Source of the DNA: Leucoraja erinacea
Taxonomy: Eukaryota
NCBI RefSeq assembly: GCF_028641065.1
Contig: NC_073384.1
Span: 16,430,001-16,494,000, forward strand
Reading direction: 5' to 3'
Length of the DNA: 64,000 nucleotides
The position numbers were made by a program, and so were the translations under genes. The notes under the pieces are model-generated. The model was not told the origin of the DNA and searched no databases. It saw nothing but the letters and a program-made list of their open reading frames with translations. The number at the start of each line of letters is the position of its first letter. The first letter of the stretch is position 1. Positions 61,746 to 64,000 of the stretch are shown one piece after another.

Positions 61746-64000
61746 GATGTTTCGGCTCGAACCCTCAACAGACCTGCAGCACGTGATTCTGATGAAGGGT
61801 CTAGACCTGAATTGACCTATTCCTTTTCTCCGGTGATGCTGCCTGATCCGCTGAGTTACTCCAGCATTTTGTGTCTATCTTCAGTGTTAACCAGTATCTG
61901 CAGTTCCTTCTTTCAGATTTCATTGGCCTAGTGTCACAGTGATATCCATTAACTTAAATGGCCAGGGTCACTGAAGTCCAATTAACAATGACCTGGCAGT
62001 CACAGAAGGACCTATTGAATCCATTGGTCATGGTCATGTCGATACCCATTCACCTCATTACCTGGGGTCAAAGTGAGACCCGATGACTTGCTTAGCTTGT
62101 GATCATAGTCATATCCATTGATCCTCTTAGCATTGGTCAGAGTGAAGCCCAATGATATTGGTACCCACTCATGAAGATAAAGTGGGGCCACAGAATAACT
62201 CTTTCCACTCAATATCCTGTGTACATTTGAGCATCCTTTGCGAGCAACTACAATCATTTACCTGATATCCATTGGCATCAATGTAATGCTGGATCTTGGT
62301 GCCCAGTGGCTGAAACATGCCCCCCGCTCCACCCCTCTTTGACGTTGCAGCTCTGAGCAGTGGCCTCAGTACAGCTCCATGAGTGAAGAGGTGTAAGGGC
62401 CCGTGGATCTTACATTGGCATCAGCCCAGAAACCTTCCTGCTGTTGGCCGCACTCTGAGCTGGAGAGGACCGAGAGAGTACCAGGATGGAAAAGTCATGC
62501 CAGCTTCTCAGCTTGGTGTATAGTTCAGTTTAAAGATACGAGCCATTTGTCCCACCGAGTCCGCATCAACCAGCAATCCCCACACATTAACAATACTCTA
62601 CACACAATAGGGACAATTTTGTAATCGTTTATACCAACCCAATTAACCTACAAACCTGTACGTCTTTGGAGTGTGGGTGCAAACCGAAGATCTCGGAGAA
62701 AACCGCCGCAGGTCACGGGGAGAACGTATAACTCCATACAGACAAGCGCCGTAAACCTGTAGCTCTACTGCTATGCCACCGTGTTGTAGTGTGTTCTACC
62801 AATCCTGCTTTCTAAGGCCAACACTGACCCCGCCAATGACAGAAGTTAACCAAAGGTAGCAGCAGAAGCAGGTACAATTACAATGTTTAAAAGTAATTTG
62901 GACAGGTACATGGATAGGAAAGCTATAGAGGGATATGAGCCAATTACAGGAAAATGGGACTATTTTTAGATGGGTCAGCATGGAGGGTTTCGGCTGAATG
63001 GCTTGTTTCTGTGCTCTATAACTTAACTGGAGGTGGATTGATTTCCAGAGTGTGAAAGGCCAGATGAACAGCAAAATTGCAATGATTCTCAGCTCATTTT
63101 GGTTTAGGTGAACCTCCAGTCCTGCTTTCAAAGGCCAGCTCTGACCCCAGTGAAGTTATGCGATGGCCAGGTAACATGGAGACAGGTAGCATAGGCAAAT
63201 GGGTTGAATGGCCTCATGTCATGCTACGTATTTCTGTCCATTGGCGGTACTGTGTGCAGCAGTAGAGTTGTTGCCTTGCAGCGCCGGAGACCCAGGTTCG
63301 ACCCTAACAACGGGTGCTGTCTGTGCATGGTTTGTACAGTACATTCTCCCTTTGACTGTGTGGGTTTTCTCCGGGTGCTCCAGTTTCCTCCCATATTCCA
63401 AAGATGTGCAGGTTTGTGGGTTAAGGGTTGACTTCTGTAAATTGTCCTTAGTGTGTAGGATAGAACCAGTTCACAGGGTGATCGTTGGTTAGTGTGGATT
63501 CGGTGGGCCTAAAGACCCTGTCCGCGCTGCATCTCTAAACTAAACTAGAGATTACGACTATTTATTGTCCCTGGTTTGTGGAGTTCTGCGCCTTTACCAC
63601 ATGCCTGGGGATAATATATTACTAATATATATTGCTTCACTTGTTGTTTAAACTCTGAAATGCAGTTTTGCAACACTGGAGTATTTCAATGACATGACAT
63701 GATGTAACCAGAATGGATTCTCCCCGAGGTTAAATGCAGAGGTCTCAGTGGGCAATTGTAACCACATCTTGCCACAGAGCTGTGGAGGTGAAGTCTTTAG
63801 TTTCGTTTAGTTTAGGGATGCAGCATACAGGCCCTTCGGCCCACTGAGTCCACGCCGACCAACGATCCCTGCACGCTAACGCTATCCTATACACAGCAGG
63901 GACAATTTACAATTTTACCAAGCCAATTAGCCTACAAACCTGTACATCTTTGACGTGTGGGAGGAAACTGAGGTTTCGAAGAAAACCCACGCAGGTCATG

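Overview
Eukaryotic (vertebrate) genomic DNA, very likely a cartilaginous fish (skate/ray), judged from V-SINE/HE1-type SINEs, CR1, Rex/Babar-type and Penelope retroelements and a GPR139-like receptor. Two protein-coding genes can be rebuilt from splice signals; they lie tail-to-tail in a repeat-rich landscape. (1) Plus strand: a two-exon GPR139/GPR142-like class A GPCR (13598-13679 + 15532-16397, 315 aa) with a TATA box. (2) Minus strand: an unusual giant type-I membrane Ig-superfamily receptor of about 2170 aa. It has a leader exon (59775-59826), a V-domain exon (53358-53708), a 5.96-kb exon holding a second V domain plus about 1870 aa of Asn/Gly/Ser-rich stalk built from a 13-14-aa repeat (43057-49016, broken by one 2-nt insertion near 46516), and a transmembrane exon (32705-32843). 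Its cytoplasmic end is unresolved. Other points: an orphan copy of the GPCR upstream region at 5712-5935, minimal hammerhead-ribozyme motifs in Penelope-derived repeats, a mosaic duplication around a Penelope insertion upstream of the Ig gene, and DIRS, ERV and Gypsy relics. Most entries in the ORF track are spurious repeat translations. All family assignments are from pattern recognition, not database searches.
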